This document shows, one piece after another, positions 39,150 to 52,852 of a DNA stretch of 64,000 nucleotides. How positions within the stretch are numbered: position 1 is the first letter of the stretch; the number at the start of each line of letters is the position of its first letter. The position numbers and the translations under genes were made by a program. Under the pieces are notes generated by a model. The model did not search any database and was not told the origin of the DNA. It saw nothing but the letters and a program-made list of their open reading frames with translations. Source of the DNA: Rhynchobatus australiae (taxonomy: Eukaryota); contig JAUZTB010000033.1 in the NCBI GenBank assembly GCA_034780895.1, forward strand, positions 30,281,223 to 30,345,222. The letters are read 5' to 3'.

Positions 39150-41584
39150 CTGCACAAAAAGAACCAATAGCTTTGTGAGGTTTTTTGCATCAATCCTGGC
39201 AGAGTTAAGTACTGCTGAATCTGCATCCAGCCCTTACTGTTGTACATATTCTTGTTTTATCCTCAATGATACGAGTTGGTGTTTTACTTCTTAGTTGTTT
39301 CCACCTCAAATGAGATAACATAATAGCTTGCAATATTACAGGACAGGGAAAACCTGTTGATGTGGTTTCCATAAGCATGAAACAATATTAAATGTCAGAT
39401 CTGCTTACATTTAAGGCAATAAAATAGCAGTTTAAGGAGCTGAGAATGGAGTGACAGATTCTCTCCAGTATGGGTTATGTGTTTCACACTGCTAGAATAT
39501 TGCCTGCTGTTCAAACTGTTTTTGAAAGTTATTAATACAAAGTCTCATTCACAAGAATATAGAGTTGCAGAGACACTTCAGATAAACTGAATGGGACTGA
39601 CTGGATTGCCCTTGTATAGAGCTAGTACAGACTCACTGGGCCAAATGGCCTCCTTCTGTGGTGTGTGATCATATGATTCTAAACTGTGTTATGGTTTAAG
39701 GTTGGGCTCAGGAGGTGTTGCCAGTATGTGGTGCAAGTCAGACTCAAAGGCCAGAGTTCCTAATTTACAACTGGTTCTATGGCTAAGGAAATGTAAGGCT
39801 TGCTGCCTGGAAGTAAGTTGATTGGCCTAGCTGTGACCAAGCTCTCATTGACAGAGTTTGTGGACAAACTGACTTTCCAACCATTTCTGTACTACAGAGG
39901 AACACTGTTNNNNNNNNNNNNNNNNNNNNNNNNNNNNNNNNNNNNNNNNNNNNNNNNNNNNNNNNNNNNNNNNNNNNNNNNNNNNNNNNNNNNNNNNNNN
40001 NNNNNNNNNNNNNNNNNNNNNNNNNNNNNNNNNNNNNNNNNNNNNNNNNNNNNNNNNNNNNNNNNNNNNNNNNNNNNNNNNNNNNNNNNNNNNNNNNNNN
40101 NNNNNNNNNNNNNNNNNNNNNNNNNNNNNNNNNNNNNNNNNNNNNNNNNNNNNNNNNNNNNNNNNNNNNNNNNNNNNNNNNNNNNNNNNNNNNNNNNNNN
40201 NNNNNNNNNNNNNNNNNNNNNNNNNNNNNNNNNNNNNNNNNNNNNNNNNNNNNNNNNNNNNNNNNNNNNNNNNNNNNNNNNNNNNNNNNNNNNNNNNNNN
40301 NNNNNNNNNNNNNNNNNNNNNNNNNNNNNNNNNNNNNNNNNNNNNNNNNNNNNNNNNNNNNNNNNNNNNNNNNNNNNNNNNNNNNNNNNNNNNNNNNNNN
40401 NNNNNNNNNNNNNNNNNNNNNNNNNNNNNNNNNNNNNNNNNNNNNNNNNNNNNNNNNNNNNNNNNNNNNNNNNNNNNNNNNNNNNNNNNNNNNNNNNNNN
40501 NNNNNNNNNNNNNNNNNNNNNNNNNNNNNNNNNNNNNNTCCACTGTGAGAAAACACTATCCCAATTAGAATAAAAATTTCAGTTTAACATCACTCCCATA
40601 TACCCAGTGCAGAGAAACGTCTTTCAATTTCTCACTGCTTCTGAAAGACATTTTAAATACTTTCATCAATATCAAACAGATTCTGACCATCCAGGCTTTT
40701 GAATGCCACACTGCTCTGGTTGAGTCAGCAGTGCCTCCCTACCTCCACAATCAATGGTATTCTTTCTGAAGTGCATGCCAAATAGGTCTATTTCAACAAG
40801 TGATTTCTCCCTTTCACTTGCACACATGTTATATTTATAAATCTAGGCTCTTGCACAAGTTAAGACCCAAGCAAGTGGTCAGCAATTTTCCTTGACCATT
40901 GTTGGAAAACCACCTTGCTTTCCCTTGCATCCCATCAAGTTACACCCCATCGAGTGGCAAACAATGATCCAAATGAAAACAGACAAGGTCAAATTTGGCC
41001 AAGAAACTCTTCTATGCTGCCAGGATTGTTTAACTCTCTCAAAGGCATCTCCTCCTTTAGGCCGTTCACAGGAGCATGGGTCTGGATTGGGGGTTGCATT
41101 GTGGTGGAGAATGAGGGAGGGTGAGTAGGAGGGAGAGAGAGGATTGGGTGTACCAGTATCAGGTCATGGAATCAGGAGATGGGGTGAATACATAAATAGT
41201 AGGAACAGGAGGAGGTTAGTTGTCCCCTTGTGCTGCTCTGCCTTTCAAGTAAAACCACTGCTGATCTCTTACCTTAGTGCTACCTTCTAGCACTAACCCC
41301 ATATCGCTAGATTGTCTTAAAGTCTAAAAATTGTCTGCACTACGATTGGCTTGAAGGAAGGGATGGGTCAACTTTGCATTGTGATGGCAGGCCCTAACAG
41401 AGCTAACTGTACCAGTTCTCAGTGCTAATCTTCAGACTGGGGCCTTCTTGGACAGGCACTCTTTCAGTACTGCTGAAGCAGGCCTGACATTTGTAATGAC
41501 AACTTGTTTCTGCAAGAGTGGCCTGCACTTCTGCATATTGCTACTGCTTCACAGCTCCAGTGTCCTCCAATCCTAAACTCTGGT

Positions 41585-41860
41585 GTTATCAGTGTGGAGT
41601 TTACAGATTCGGCCTATAATCCTGTGGGGTTTTCCCCAAGAAACTTGGTTTCCTCCTACATCCCAAAGGCATTGGGATTGGAAGGTTAAATGTCTACAGA
41701 AAACCACATTTAATGTAGGTGGGTGGGACAAATATCAAAGGGTAGCATTGATGGGTATGTGAGAGAGAATAGTTTCCCAGGAAATAAGCAGGTGAATGGG
41801 ATTGCTCTGAGAACTAGGCATAGACTCAATGGACTGAGCGGTCTCCTTCTACAATCATAA
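41585..41860 (+). mobile_element. V-domain SINE, decayed
   Basis: gtgtggagttt...ggtttcctcctacatcccaaag V-domain, with a 3' part similar to the 5411-5760 copy. Confidence 0.6.
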
Positions 41861-42434
41861 GAATATTTGAGAAATATCCAGACATGTGCTGCATGATTTT
41901 GGATGCCAGTGCACATGTCTCTGTATTTCCATGCACTTGAATGCCATTTACACAGAGGATCCAGAAATAAAGTCACAACTTGTGTAGTGGTTACTACACG
42001 TATCCAATTACATTCAGAAATTGGATATCTGCTAAAATTGTATTGTTCTGTGCACACAATTATTCCTAAACCCATATCTTATTTGTTCATTGTATCCCTG
42101 TTCATTCTTTAATAGTTGTCAGCAATGTATAATGTCACATGGCTTAAAAACTAGAGTAATATTTTACTTAGACCCACTGTGTGCTCTGAAGGATATCTGA
42201 CCAATTACATGAATTTCCAAGAAGATTTTCAGTTTGACAAGTGGCCCAGGGTTAAAATACCAGGTTTTTGGTATACAATATGATTTTCTTTTTGTAATTC
42301 CCACACCTTAACAGGTGCACAACTTACTAAGAGCACACATAAAGCTCACTGCAGCATTAAATTTATTAAGAAAAACATAGTTTTGTACTTACAATAATAG
42401 GATAGCTTGGAACTGCTTGAAGACTGTATGCTAC

Positions 42435-42635
42435 ATTGTACTTCACTGGTCTAGAACAGTATGTCACATTGCCTGGCATGTCATTGATCTAGAAATGCAT
42501 GTTATATTGCATGGTGTCAGATTGATCTAGAACAGTAGGTTGTACAAAATGGCATTAATTAATCTAGAAGCATATGCAATGGTGTGGGGTCACATAGATT
42601 TAAGAGAGCAAGTTATGCTGCATGTGTCCCACTGA
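42435..42635. repeat. Degenerate minisatellite with about 37-39 bp period
   Basis: Recurrent (g/a)atctagaa core near 42448, 42487, 42524 and 42561, and a decayed copy near 42597. Confidence 0.6.
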
Positions 42636-45600
42636 CTTACAAGTCTACACAATATTATAAGATGAACATAACTGATATGATAACATACAGTGCATTCTGT
42701 TGTTTCTCATTTATTTTTTGATCTGTAAGTTGCACCAGACTTTGAATACATTCATCTGGAGGGTGTCTCAATCATCAGTTTTGTTACATATTAAGCTAAT
42801 TCTATAAATATGCTCTATATGGTATTATATTGATTTTACATTTTCTGTATGTTATCTGCATTGCAAAGAAAGCGGAGTGAAGCTAAAATGGATGTGTCTA
42901 GAGAGCCATTTAAAGACAAGAGCAGAAGAAGAAAATCATTGGCAACATATCGCAGGGAGGTGGCCATGCCTGCACACTGATGCCAATTTGCATACATCAC
43001 CCACACAAAATGTAACCATGCACCTAATGCCCATGGAAACACCAGAGAAGCTTTTAACTAGAGGGCCAGGGCCTTCTTTAGGACTGGTTACACAGCCCAG
43101 TATTAACGGCTAGGGAGTTTGAGGTGTCCATTCTCCTGCTCTCAGTACCCTCTATAACTTCCCATCATTACTGATCACTCACACAAATCTTTTCACTGCT
43201 GATCACCCCACAATCACTTGCCAGACCCATTTCCTGCACGATCAGCTGGCCTATCTGCCCTCTGCTCCCCAGCTGCTGTCTTGGTTCTTGTGCCTGTTCA
43301 ATCATCTACAGTGATCCTCCCTGATCTACAAAGACCCACTGTGCATGATCCTTCCCACAACTCACTTGTGCTGCAACCTTTACTCACTGCCATAGAAGGA
43401 GATCACATCTTGGACCCCGTGCACAGTAAAATACACAACCCTCGCATTCATTCTACTTCAGAAGCTGTGGACCAAATTTGGATTAGATGTTCATGATCTA
43501 GAACATGCATTTACATTGTCTAGTTTTGTACTTTTCTGGAATGAGAAAATACATTGCACTGCAAACATTCAGGTTTAGAATACTAGTTTACACAGCCTGG
43601 TACCAATTGTATGACTTTTTCATGATAATACATTGAGCTGGAACTGTATCACATTATCACATTGTCAAGAACCTTTTTCACACAAAGAGAAACTAAAGGA
43701 AATAACTTGATGGATTCTATAAAATTCATTGAAGTTTTCAAGATAATTTGAAGTTATCTAACTGGAAAACAGTTGGTTTGAATCAAACTATGAGCAATAT
43801 ATTTTAAATGTGCATCAGAAGTGTGTAGATTTTACACCCAAAAGGAATGAACATAACAAACTTAACAGTTGAGTGATTAAATACGTTCCATACACCTGAA
43901 CACTTGAACAACACAAACTCATTATCCTCCTTTTATACCTAACATAACCAGACAACCATTCTCACCTGAGAAATTGTATAGTAAAAATTGTATATATGTA
44001 TTTAATCACTAATCTGGAATTTCCGATAGCTATTAATAACTCAAGTTATAAGATCCAAGATGCAGGATAGCAACTTTGAGTTGGTTTAACATGCACAGCA
44101 CCCTTAATAAAATATTAATATTAGAGATGCCCAGACTAATTAGTTTTAATTAAGGGATAAGGGCATATTTAATGAAAGTGCTCAGAAGAACAAGTTCCAG
44201 TCTATTTCATGCAAGGTGATAAATGAAACATCAATGGCAAGTCAACCATATTATAAAATGCAGGGAAAGCCTCTGAGGTTTTGTAAGCTTCCATGTAGTA
44301 GAAAAAGGTCAGTCTGACAAAAAGTATCATTTTACACAATCTGTCTGATAACAAGACCTGCTGCACAGCACAAGCACACGATAACACTCTCGCACAGCAC
44401 AGTACAAAGGATAAAGAGACAGAAGCCCCTTCTGTCAGCCTGGCTGATGTTGCAATTTAACAGTATGAAAAGCTCATACATAAAGATGTGTTAGGTCTGA
44501 AGTATACCTGGTATTCCTTGAGTAAATCTATCTGGATAAGATTGCTAAAAATCCTGCAGAGTTTTTAAAAAATTGCTCAAGTTATGCATTGCTTAAGCCT
44601 CAGCCAAGGTCTGCAATTATTAGGCACAACCAACTTTGCAATGTTGGGGGAAAAAAATTAGAAAAAATAATCCTTTGTGCATACTGAGAATGGGTGGGTG
44701 AGTCGGCACAAGGGCATCATTCAGTTTTTCTCCTACGTTGTAACTGAACAAATTTTGGTCAATTAACTCCACGTACCAATGCATGATATCTGGATATAAT
44801 ACAATGTACAATCTGATGTACAAAAAAACTTTCTCTGCATCCTTGCACTCTATATTGGATAAATGTTTCCTGTGTGTGTTAGATGTAAAAAAAAATGATA
44901 AATTTGATTTTGCAGAACACAGATTGTATCTTCCCCCATGGTGTGTTATTCTGGATCACAATTTAAAACAGGGAAGCTCTATTGAGGACAAGTAAATATT
45001 TTCTATTTCAAGAATAATTTTTAAATAAAACTCCTTTAGAAATTACTGAAATGCCTAGGCTTTCTGCTCAGCCTCATTTATGATTGTAATGATTTTGTGT
45101 TCCTGTTTAAACTCGTTGAAATTTCATTGCATTCATTTATTTACTGACAATTCTGAAAGCAGAAAAGATGCATTGGCTGGTTGGCCTTAGAAATTGTGAA
45201 ATTGACTTGAAATTGACAAACAGAGCATACAGAAAGGAGCACCATCACTTAAGAGGTGCAATAAAGAAAAATGAACCTTCTGGTCTGGAATTTCAAGAAA
45301 GGCAAATGTTAATACATCATTTAGCCAATGCAAATAAATGCATGTTCCCATGCTTCATCAGTCATTACTGGTCAGGCTCTAATGGAGATTTCTGTAGCAG
45401 AAATTGAAGCACTGTGTAAGGAAGTTACTGGCTGTATGCTTTAAGCATCTTTAGATTATGATAAACAAGATAGTGCTTATATATTGGATGAAGAGATTGA
45501 GATGATGAAGGGCTTGTTAAAGCCAGGCAATGTTAAATGTTCCAAGGACTGCATCAGTAGCATCAATCATGTTCGAGAATTATCGCTGTTAATGAAAGAG

Positions 45601-47831
45601 CGGCAATAGTGATGATTGATGGACTTTTAGATATGCACTAATGTTGACCAAAGTTGTGGAACTGAGCATCTCAAAACCACAGTGTTACAATTTCTTTCAC
45701 ACAAAGAGAAACCAAAGGAAATAACGATGGATTTTGTAAAATTCCTTGAAGTTTTCAAGATAATTTGAAGTTATCTAACCGGAAAACTGTTATAATTATT
45801 CCTGGTAGAATATTTGCGAAACAATCCGATGATGCATTCCTACACAGGTGCTCTCATTGAAATCTGCTCTCTCCTGTATAGCCTGGAAACCTACAAACTG
45901 TGAGCAGTAAATAACTCACAAGTAATAGTAATCTTTTAAAGGCATCTTCACATGAATATTCATTGAAGATATATTGTTGGATTTTGGAGTAGTTGCTAGT
46001 GGGTTGTGGGGAGAAGAAGGTAAACCCCACAGTTTTATATCCCAAAGGCTATTACTATTTCTTCAGTGTAGGTAAGGTAGTGTAGTAGTCATTAGCAAAT
46101 ATTTTCTCAATTTCAGTATTTAGGTGAAATAAAACTGAAAGTTTCATTTTTTGTGCATCAAAGGAAAATCAAGAGTCTCCAGCAGTCCTGTGGATAATTG
46201 TCCCGTCCATTTTGCGTTATGCCACATATGAGCAGAACATCAAGGCCTTATCCCTGATCTATATTGGGTTTGTTGATCTTAGCTAGAATAGTAGTTACAG
46301 GACTACTAAAACTTTTGCAGTTTATCTAATCTTTAGGTTGGGGTAAAATCAGCTAAGAATTTTGCTATTTGACAATTTTTATTGAACCCCTCTGGAAATT
46401 GTGGGGTAGAAATTCATCATAACTAGCTTGCATTAATCAGACAATATGGTAATGGCAGGACATTATGCTTCACTTCCAAAATTCAGTTCTATTGAATCAC
46501 ATAAATGCACTTACAGGTAGAAATTAGTTCTCACTGCTCATATTAAATGTGTAAAAATGGTAGTGAATACATATTATACCCAGCTTCTGAAATTCAGTTC
46601 TATTGAAATCAATATGGAATAGTTATGTGTGTAGCAGATGCAACAGAGAGTGAAGTCCTAATGCCCTATCTATATAAGTTGGTGAACATGTGGACATCAT
46701 CTGCTCCAGCTGTGATTCTCTCACTTGAATGCTGACACAACAAAGGATGAANNNNNNNNNNTTGTGCAAGGGTTCAATGCTCTGTTGTAACCTCTACAAT
46801 CACACACAAGCAAGAAGTTAGTGAATGAGAGTGTGAGTATGAAAGAACAAGACAATGAGTGAGAAATACCTGTAGATATGCATGGGGAAAACACAAATAA
46901 ACTAGCACAACCTGTTTCGATAAATATCTTTACAACCAGTATCATTTAAACTACAAGGTTGCTTAAGAGTCAACAGCAGTTGATTCTGCTGTTGCAAGTG
47001 AAGTTTTGAGAGATCATTGGTCTGAAGCATTTCTCCCTCCATGGGTACTACCTGACCTGCTGAGTATTTCCAGCCTTCTCTGTTCTCTGTTATTATTATG
47101 TGTCGGCCCCATACCAGCCAGCTCTCGAAGATGTCATCACAATTTTTAAAATAAAAACACTCAGAAATGAGAGAGATAAAAAAGGCTGAAGTTCATCATT
47201 AGTTTGTTGTTACTGATTTTAAAACAGGTTTTTGGAATAAGATTCCTTCTCTTTTGATCGTGGGCATTTCAGAAGAATGGAATTGGTCTGAGAGCTGTCA
47301 CACATTATCCAGTGACGGAAATAGAATAATTTATGGCATTGTCAATTTCAGATGTAGAGAAAGTCCAAGATCACCAACACTCCATAATTCACAACACATC
47401 TCCTATAAATAGGAAGGTATTGATCTGGTTAGATTTAAAACTCAATGTAGAAATGTCAGAGCATTCTTGAATGGGTTAAAAAGAGAAAGGATGCATGAGA
47501 TTGATAACAGGCTAAGAATCTAATCGGAGGTTCAGAAGTTATCATAAAATGCAAAACTAAAGCTCCATATTAGATCACAGTGCTGGAAACCACTTTTTGG
47601 TATCAGTAATTTAACTTTCTTTCAGTAGCACCCTGTTCCAGCTTCACCTGAAAAATGTGCGGCACTGATTTAAGATTCTGTGGGCTCGTCATGCTCCCAT
47701 CACCCCAGACTTCATTCAGGTATTCAGCCAGTCGTTTTGTGTGGGCCCAGCAAATTACTCACAACCATATCAGCCAAACCATGCTCTTAATTGAATCTAA
47801 ACTAGGTAACAATCGGGAATGACAGTCTTAA

Positions 47832-48010
47832 AAATAAAAAACTGCAGATGCTTAAATTCTGAAATACAGTAGACAACGCTGGAAAGACTTCATCTGTGGA
47901 AAGAGAAATAGAGTTAAGTTTCTTATGAAGGGTCATCAACCTGAAACTGCTTCTCTTTCCACATTTGCTGGCTGCCCTGCTGAGAGTCTGCAGCATTTTC
48001 CTTTTATATA
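47832..48010 (+). mobile_element. Short palindromic repeat, probably Penelope-like terminal-repeat derived
   Basis: Perfect inverted arms tgtggaaagagaa / ttctctttccaca around atgaagggtcatcaacctgaaac. Relatives at 32535-32722, 55596-55772 and 59895-60062. Confidence 0.55.
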
Positions 48011-49232
48011 TTGAGAATCAGACCTGATTTCCACTGACTTTTCGCTACCATCCACCCCATCAACATCTTCCCCTCACTGTGCCCCCAACATTTGCAATTC
48101 AGAGTATCGATTACAGTGAGTTCTGAGTCAACTGGGTGAGCTGCATTTCTGAACATACAATAGTGTAAAGGAAACACTATGAAATGATGACCTCATTATT
48201 GATTTCTATCAATTTGCATTTAACTGAAGAGATATTAAATGGGCTGCCGTTTCTATGACACTCAAAGTCCAAACTACCTCTTTTTTTTATGTTGATGTCT
48301 TTACAGATGCCAGGGATCAGCATGTGTCATGTCACTGGCACATTATGAGTTTTTGGACTAAGAAATTAGCACACTCAGCATGATCACTAGAAGTTAATCT
48401 GGGAATATGCTGCGATGGTGACTATGGTATTTTAAATCCAACATATATTGCAATGTTCTGTTATCACATGTAGGCCAATCTTTGGAATTCACATTTCAAG
48501 GCAGTTGTGAATTTGTATTTCTATCTCAGCTAGGATTCATATTGGGGATTTCTAATTCCGGCTCTATTTATGGGGCCATCACTGACCAAGTGCAGAGGAA
48601 GTATCCCAACAGGAAAGCCAAACTCATCCAATTATGAACAGCAATGGGAGTGTCCTTGGAACTGATTGGTGATCACTTTGAACACAAAAAAAATACAATG
48701 TACTAAACTGAAACATACCTACACATAATGTTACAAGAAATTGAGAAAATCGATCATTATACATCTAATCATGAAACCCAGATATCTCTCCTCAATAATT
48801 CTTCTCAACTGAAAGTGCAATGTCAACCAAGATTACTGTCAATTAATATCATTAAAGTTATACACACAAAGATATCACTGAAGCCTTATCGCAGAAATCC
48901 TATGTTTTACCAAGTTAATGTATAAGTTCTATTACAGAAAATTACAATGAATGCATAGCACATTCTATCTAACCATTCCAATGTTGCTGATTATAGTCTC
49001 AAACGTCCCAGCATCCCTTGTCAACTGAATCCCTCTCCTCACATATGCTTGTTCCCTTTTCATTTAAGTGCAGTAATGTTATTCACCTCAACCACCTGCT
49101 GTGGTAACAAGTTCTAGGCTTTCACCATTCTGTGGGTAAAGAAATTTCTCCCAACTTCCCCCTTTGATTCCTTGGTGACAGCTTTATATGAATGACTTAA
49201 ATTTGATATTGATTGCCTTCCCTCAGAAGTGG

Positions 49233-49332
49233 NNNNNNNNNNNNNNNNNNNNNNNNNNNNNNNNNNNNNNNNNNNNNNNNNNNNNNNNNNNNNNNNNNNN
49301 NNNNNNNNNNNNNNNNNNNNNNNNNNNNNNNN
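49233..49332. other. 100-N scaffold gap marking the switch from SOX6 intron to USP4 sequence
   Basis: The left flank ends inside a reverse CR1 fragment and the right flank starts mid-exon. The flanks share no overlap. Confidence 0.9.
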
Positions 49333-49513
49333 CATTCTGATGGCTCTGCAGATGATGAGAATTATAAGATGGAAAATGGGCCCACTAAGAACAACACCAA
49401 AGAAAATACACAGAACTATAGAAGGAAACTATTCACCTTCAATTTGGTAAATGCTTATGGTACCTCAGATTTCAGCTCCATTACAGAAGATGGGTCGTTT
49501 CTCAAGTTAAGCT
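49333..49513 (+). CDS. USP4: USP4-like deubiquitinase internal exon, 5'-truncated by N gap (HSDGSADDENYK...RRKLFTFNLVNAYGTSDFSSITEDGSFLKLS)
   Basis: Open frame from the first base after the gap, donor T|gtaagt. KLFTFNLVNAYGTSD matches the USP4/USP15 insert-end motif (USP4 as recalled: RLFTFSLVNSYGTAD). Confidence 0.88.
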
Positions 49514-50194
49514 GTAAGTCCCACAGTTGTACAACTAAATTGAAAATATAAAATCCATAAATAAGAGACTTGTTCCAACTTCTTTCTAAGCCCAATTTGT
49601 TCTTTTCCCAATTTATTAATTTCCTAAGGAAGGTACTGGAGTTCAGACTATTAAAGCACCATGCAGTCATGAGTCTTTGGAGCGCTCATGCTCAAAGTAG
49701 TGGAAGCAGAGTATTTGAATATCTTTAAGGCAGAGGCAGATGGATATTTGATAAGCAAGGGGATAAAAGGTTACCACAAGTAGAAGGGAATGCAGAGTTA
49801 AGATTATAATCAGATCACCTGTGGTCATATCAAATGGCAGAACATGCTTAAAGGGGCCAATTGGTTTACTCCTAATTTGTATGTGTTGTAAAATAATATT
49901 TGAAGGCTTTGTATCCTTTTGTGAACCTGCTGAAATTCCAAATACATTATAGACAATGGACAAATCTTGTTCAATAATCTAATTCCAATTCCTACCATAG
50001 AAGATATTTCACAGCCTGTAGCATTAAACATGTGTGCCATTGTGTTACCACTATATTGTATTTAATTTTATAATGATGGTGTGAAATTTACTAACCAAGT
50101 TCATGTCATAACAGCTGTCTCTAAGAGAGTTGATACATTTTACAATTTACCAAATTTTAATTCACTCTTTCACCACTTCCCATTCCAGTGGCTG

Positions 50195-50515
50195 GAGTCA
50201 CAGAGAGATACAGCGTGGCCCATTGAGTTCACACTGACCTTCGACCACCCATTTTCACTAATCCCACCTTAATTTCATTTATTCTCCCCACCCACCCCCA
50301 GATTCTACCACTCGCCAATACACTAGGGACAATTTACAATGGCCATTTAACCTACCATGTCTTTGGGATGTGACAGGAAATTGGAATTCCCAGAGGAAAG
50401 GCATGTCGCACAAGAAGAACATGTAAACTCTGCACAGACAGCACCCCTGGTCAGGATCAAACTGAATCTGTGGTGCTGCAAAACAGCGGCTTTACTAGCT
50501 GTACCACTGTTCCAC
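50195..50515 (-). mobile_element. V-domain SINE in USP4 intron
   Basis: gagtcacagagagatacagc tail, cccagattctaccactc and catgtctttgggatgtgacaggaaa (reverse V-domain). Confidence 0.7.
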
Positions 50516-50844
50516 CCTTATATATATGTTATATCGACTATATATTTGGCAATGAAATTAGAATAAAAAGTTTAATAATCTCTTGGGTAAAACACAATAT
50601 TAAAAATGACATCATTAGCTTATGCAAAACGCTCTCACTTTGTAAACCTATGACTTCCTCTGACTACAGTTATATCTGTTACATTTAAAAGTTCCATATG
50701 TAGCAATGCAAAGTAATTGCAATCTGCGAAACATTACAGTAGTGACAAATTTATTTTTATATATAATTCTAACATTAATCAAAACTAACTCAAAAAAATC
50801 AACAAAATAAACTCAAGATCCTCTTGATGTGTTTTTTTTTCCAG

Positions 50845-50915
50845 CACATTCCACAATTGCTCTAGACTGGGATCCTGAAATCAAAAAGATGTACTATGAT
50901 GATCAAGAAGCTGAG
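50845..50915 (+). CDS. USP4: USP4 internal exon (SHSTIALDWDPEIKKMYYDDQEAE)
   Basis: 71 bp, acceptor tttttttttccag| and donor GAG|gtaact. Phase 1 in, phase 0 out, compatible with the flanking exons. Carries the ALDWD..K.YYD.Q..E motif. Confidence 0.9.
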
Positions 50916-51157
50916 GTAACTATATTTTCTCTGGTAGATTTAGAGTACCATTAGAACAAATTGAATGTATTTTTCTCTGAGAGAAGAGGTACACAGCAGG
51001 ATAAGGAAATTGATTGGGAGAGGCCAAAGGTGTGATAAAGAATTTAGTAGGGCACTGAGAAAGCCTACCAGTAGTCTTGATAAAGAACTGGAGGTAGTCT
51101 TGTGTCACTGAAATAAATGGAGCATGCAACATGAAGCAAATATCATCACCCTCAGTG

Positions 51158-52020
51158 GAGTTACAGAGTATGGAAACAGGCCCTTCAGCCCAATTTGTCT
51201 GTGCTGACCACGCTGCCTAATTGAGGTTGTCCCATTTGCCTGCATTTGGCCCATGACCCCCTAAACTTTTCCTGTCCAAATGCCATTTAAATGATGTAAT
51301 TAGACCTGCCTCTACCACTTCCCCGGCAGCTCATTCCATATAGTCGCCACCCTCTATATTGGAAAAAGTTGCCCCTCAGGTCCCTATTAAATTTTTCCTT
51401 CTCACTTTAAACCTATTCCCTCTAGTTTTGGACTTGATCTGTATGAATGGTATGCAAGACTAGTTTTTCACTGTACCTCGGTACAAGTGACATAATATAC
51501 CAATACCCCACCCTGGGGGCAAGGTTTTGACTAATTCACCTTATCTTTGCCTTTCATGATTTTATGTCACCCCTCAGCTTCCTACGCTCCAGAGAAAAAA
51601 AGTCCCAACCTAACCCAAGCCCTCCAGTCCCCATGGCTATCGATGATACAAATATCTCTGTAAGGGGCCCTGCAATTTCTTCCCTAGTTTCCCCCAATGC
51701 CCTTGGATACACTTGATCAGGCCCTATCTACCTTTATGCATTTTAAGACCTCCACCACCACCTCTTCTGCGATGTGGACTCTCTCCAAGGCATCACTGTT
51801 AACTCCCCTGAGCTCCCTCGCATGCTTGTCTTTCTCCACAGTAAATACAGATGAGAAATGTTCATTAAGGACCTCGCCCATCTCCTGTGGATCTGCACAT
51901 AGATGATCTCATTGACCTTTATGGAGTCCTATTCTCTCCCTAGTTACTCTTTTGTCCTTGATATACTTGTAGAATCTCTTTGGATTCTCCTTTTACCTTA
52001 TCTGCCAAAGCTACCTCATG
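51158..52020 (-). mobile_element. CR1-type LINE fragments with an internal deletion and a short inserted 3'-end piece (about 51432-51505)
   Basis: Reverse-complement similarity to the 53150-53866 copy (ggaaacaggcccttcagccc, cctgcctctaccactt, aagttgcccctcaggtcc). Confidence 0.7.
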
Positions 52021-52736
52021 TAAAACTGCTCTATCCTTGTTTTTGTTTTAAGAATGTTCAATGTGTGAAAGTAATACATAAAATTATTTCTTACTGTTGT
52101 GAATTTAGTTACTTTTAAAACATTTCTTGAAGTGTATTGTGGTTTAGCTAAACTGAGTAGTGCCATTGAATCAGTATCAACAATAACTTCCATTATTTGG
52201 TCGTGGCAATTCATTTTTAATGGCCCTTTTTTGTTTTAATGGACGTGCAGAGCAATCCAGTTGTTTAAGCAGCTTCATTTGACCCACAATAACTACTTTA
52301 AGACAGAACATCACTGAACAGATCAAAATTATTCAAAGAAATGCTTGTTATAAGTCAAGACGGCTAGAAAATTAATTGATTGTAAAGAGGCACAATTGAG
52401 TCCATTTTAATGCTAAGCATAAAAATCATAATATTTGCATCCTCTGATTACCAGTCCTGAATATTTTGACTTTTCTAACATCTTTGACTGTGGTGATCTG
52501 TATTATGGCTTCTGTCTCTTATCATGGATTTTAATTATTCATGGAGAGGTTTGGAGAACACTCTATACATGTAGATACAATGTTTTGTGGTGTCGTTGAA
52601 TAATTGGATTAGGTGACTGTTAACTGAAAACAGGAATGTGTTTGTGATCTTGTTCATATTCACTTGGGAGGTAAATTGGATAAAAATACTTAGCACACTT
52701 GAGCAACGTGTAAAATATGAATTTTTCTTTTCCCAG

Positions 52737-52852
52737 GCATATGACAAGCATGAAAGTATGTCACAGCCTCAGAAGAAGAGAAGCTCAGTTGCATTGAGAG
52801 ATTGTATAGACTTGTTTATTACAATGGAAGTATTGGGAGAGCATGATCTTTG
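52737..52852 (+). CDS. USP4: USP4 internal exon ([39 protein letters not shown])
   Basis: 116 bp, acceptor tttttcttttcccag| and donor TG|gtttgt. Matches USP4 AYEKH.SM.QPQKK...[22 protein letters not shown]. Confidence 0.92.
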
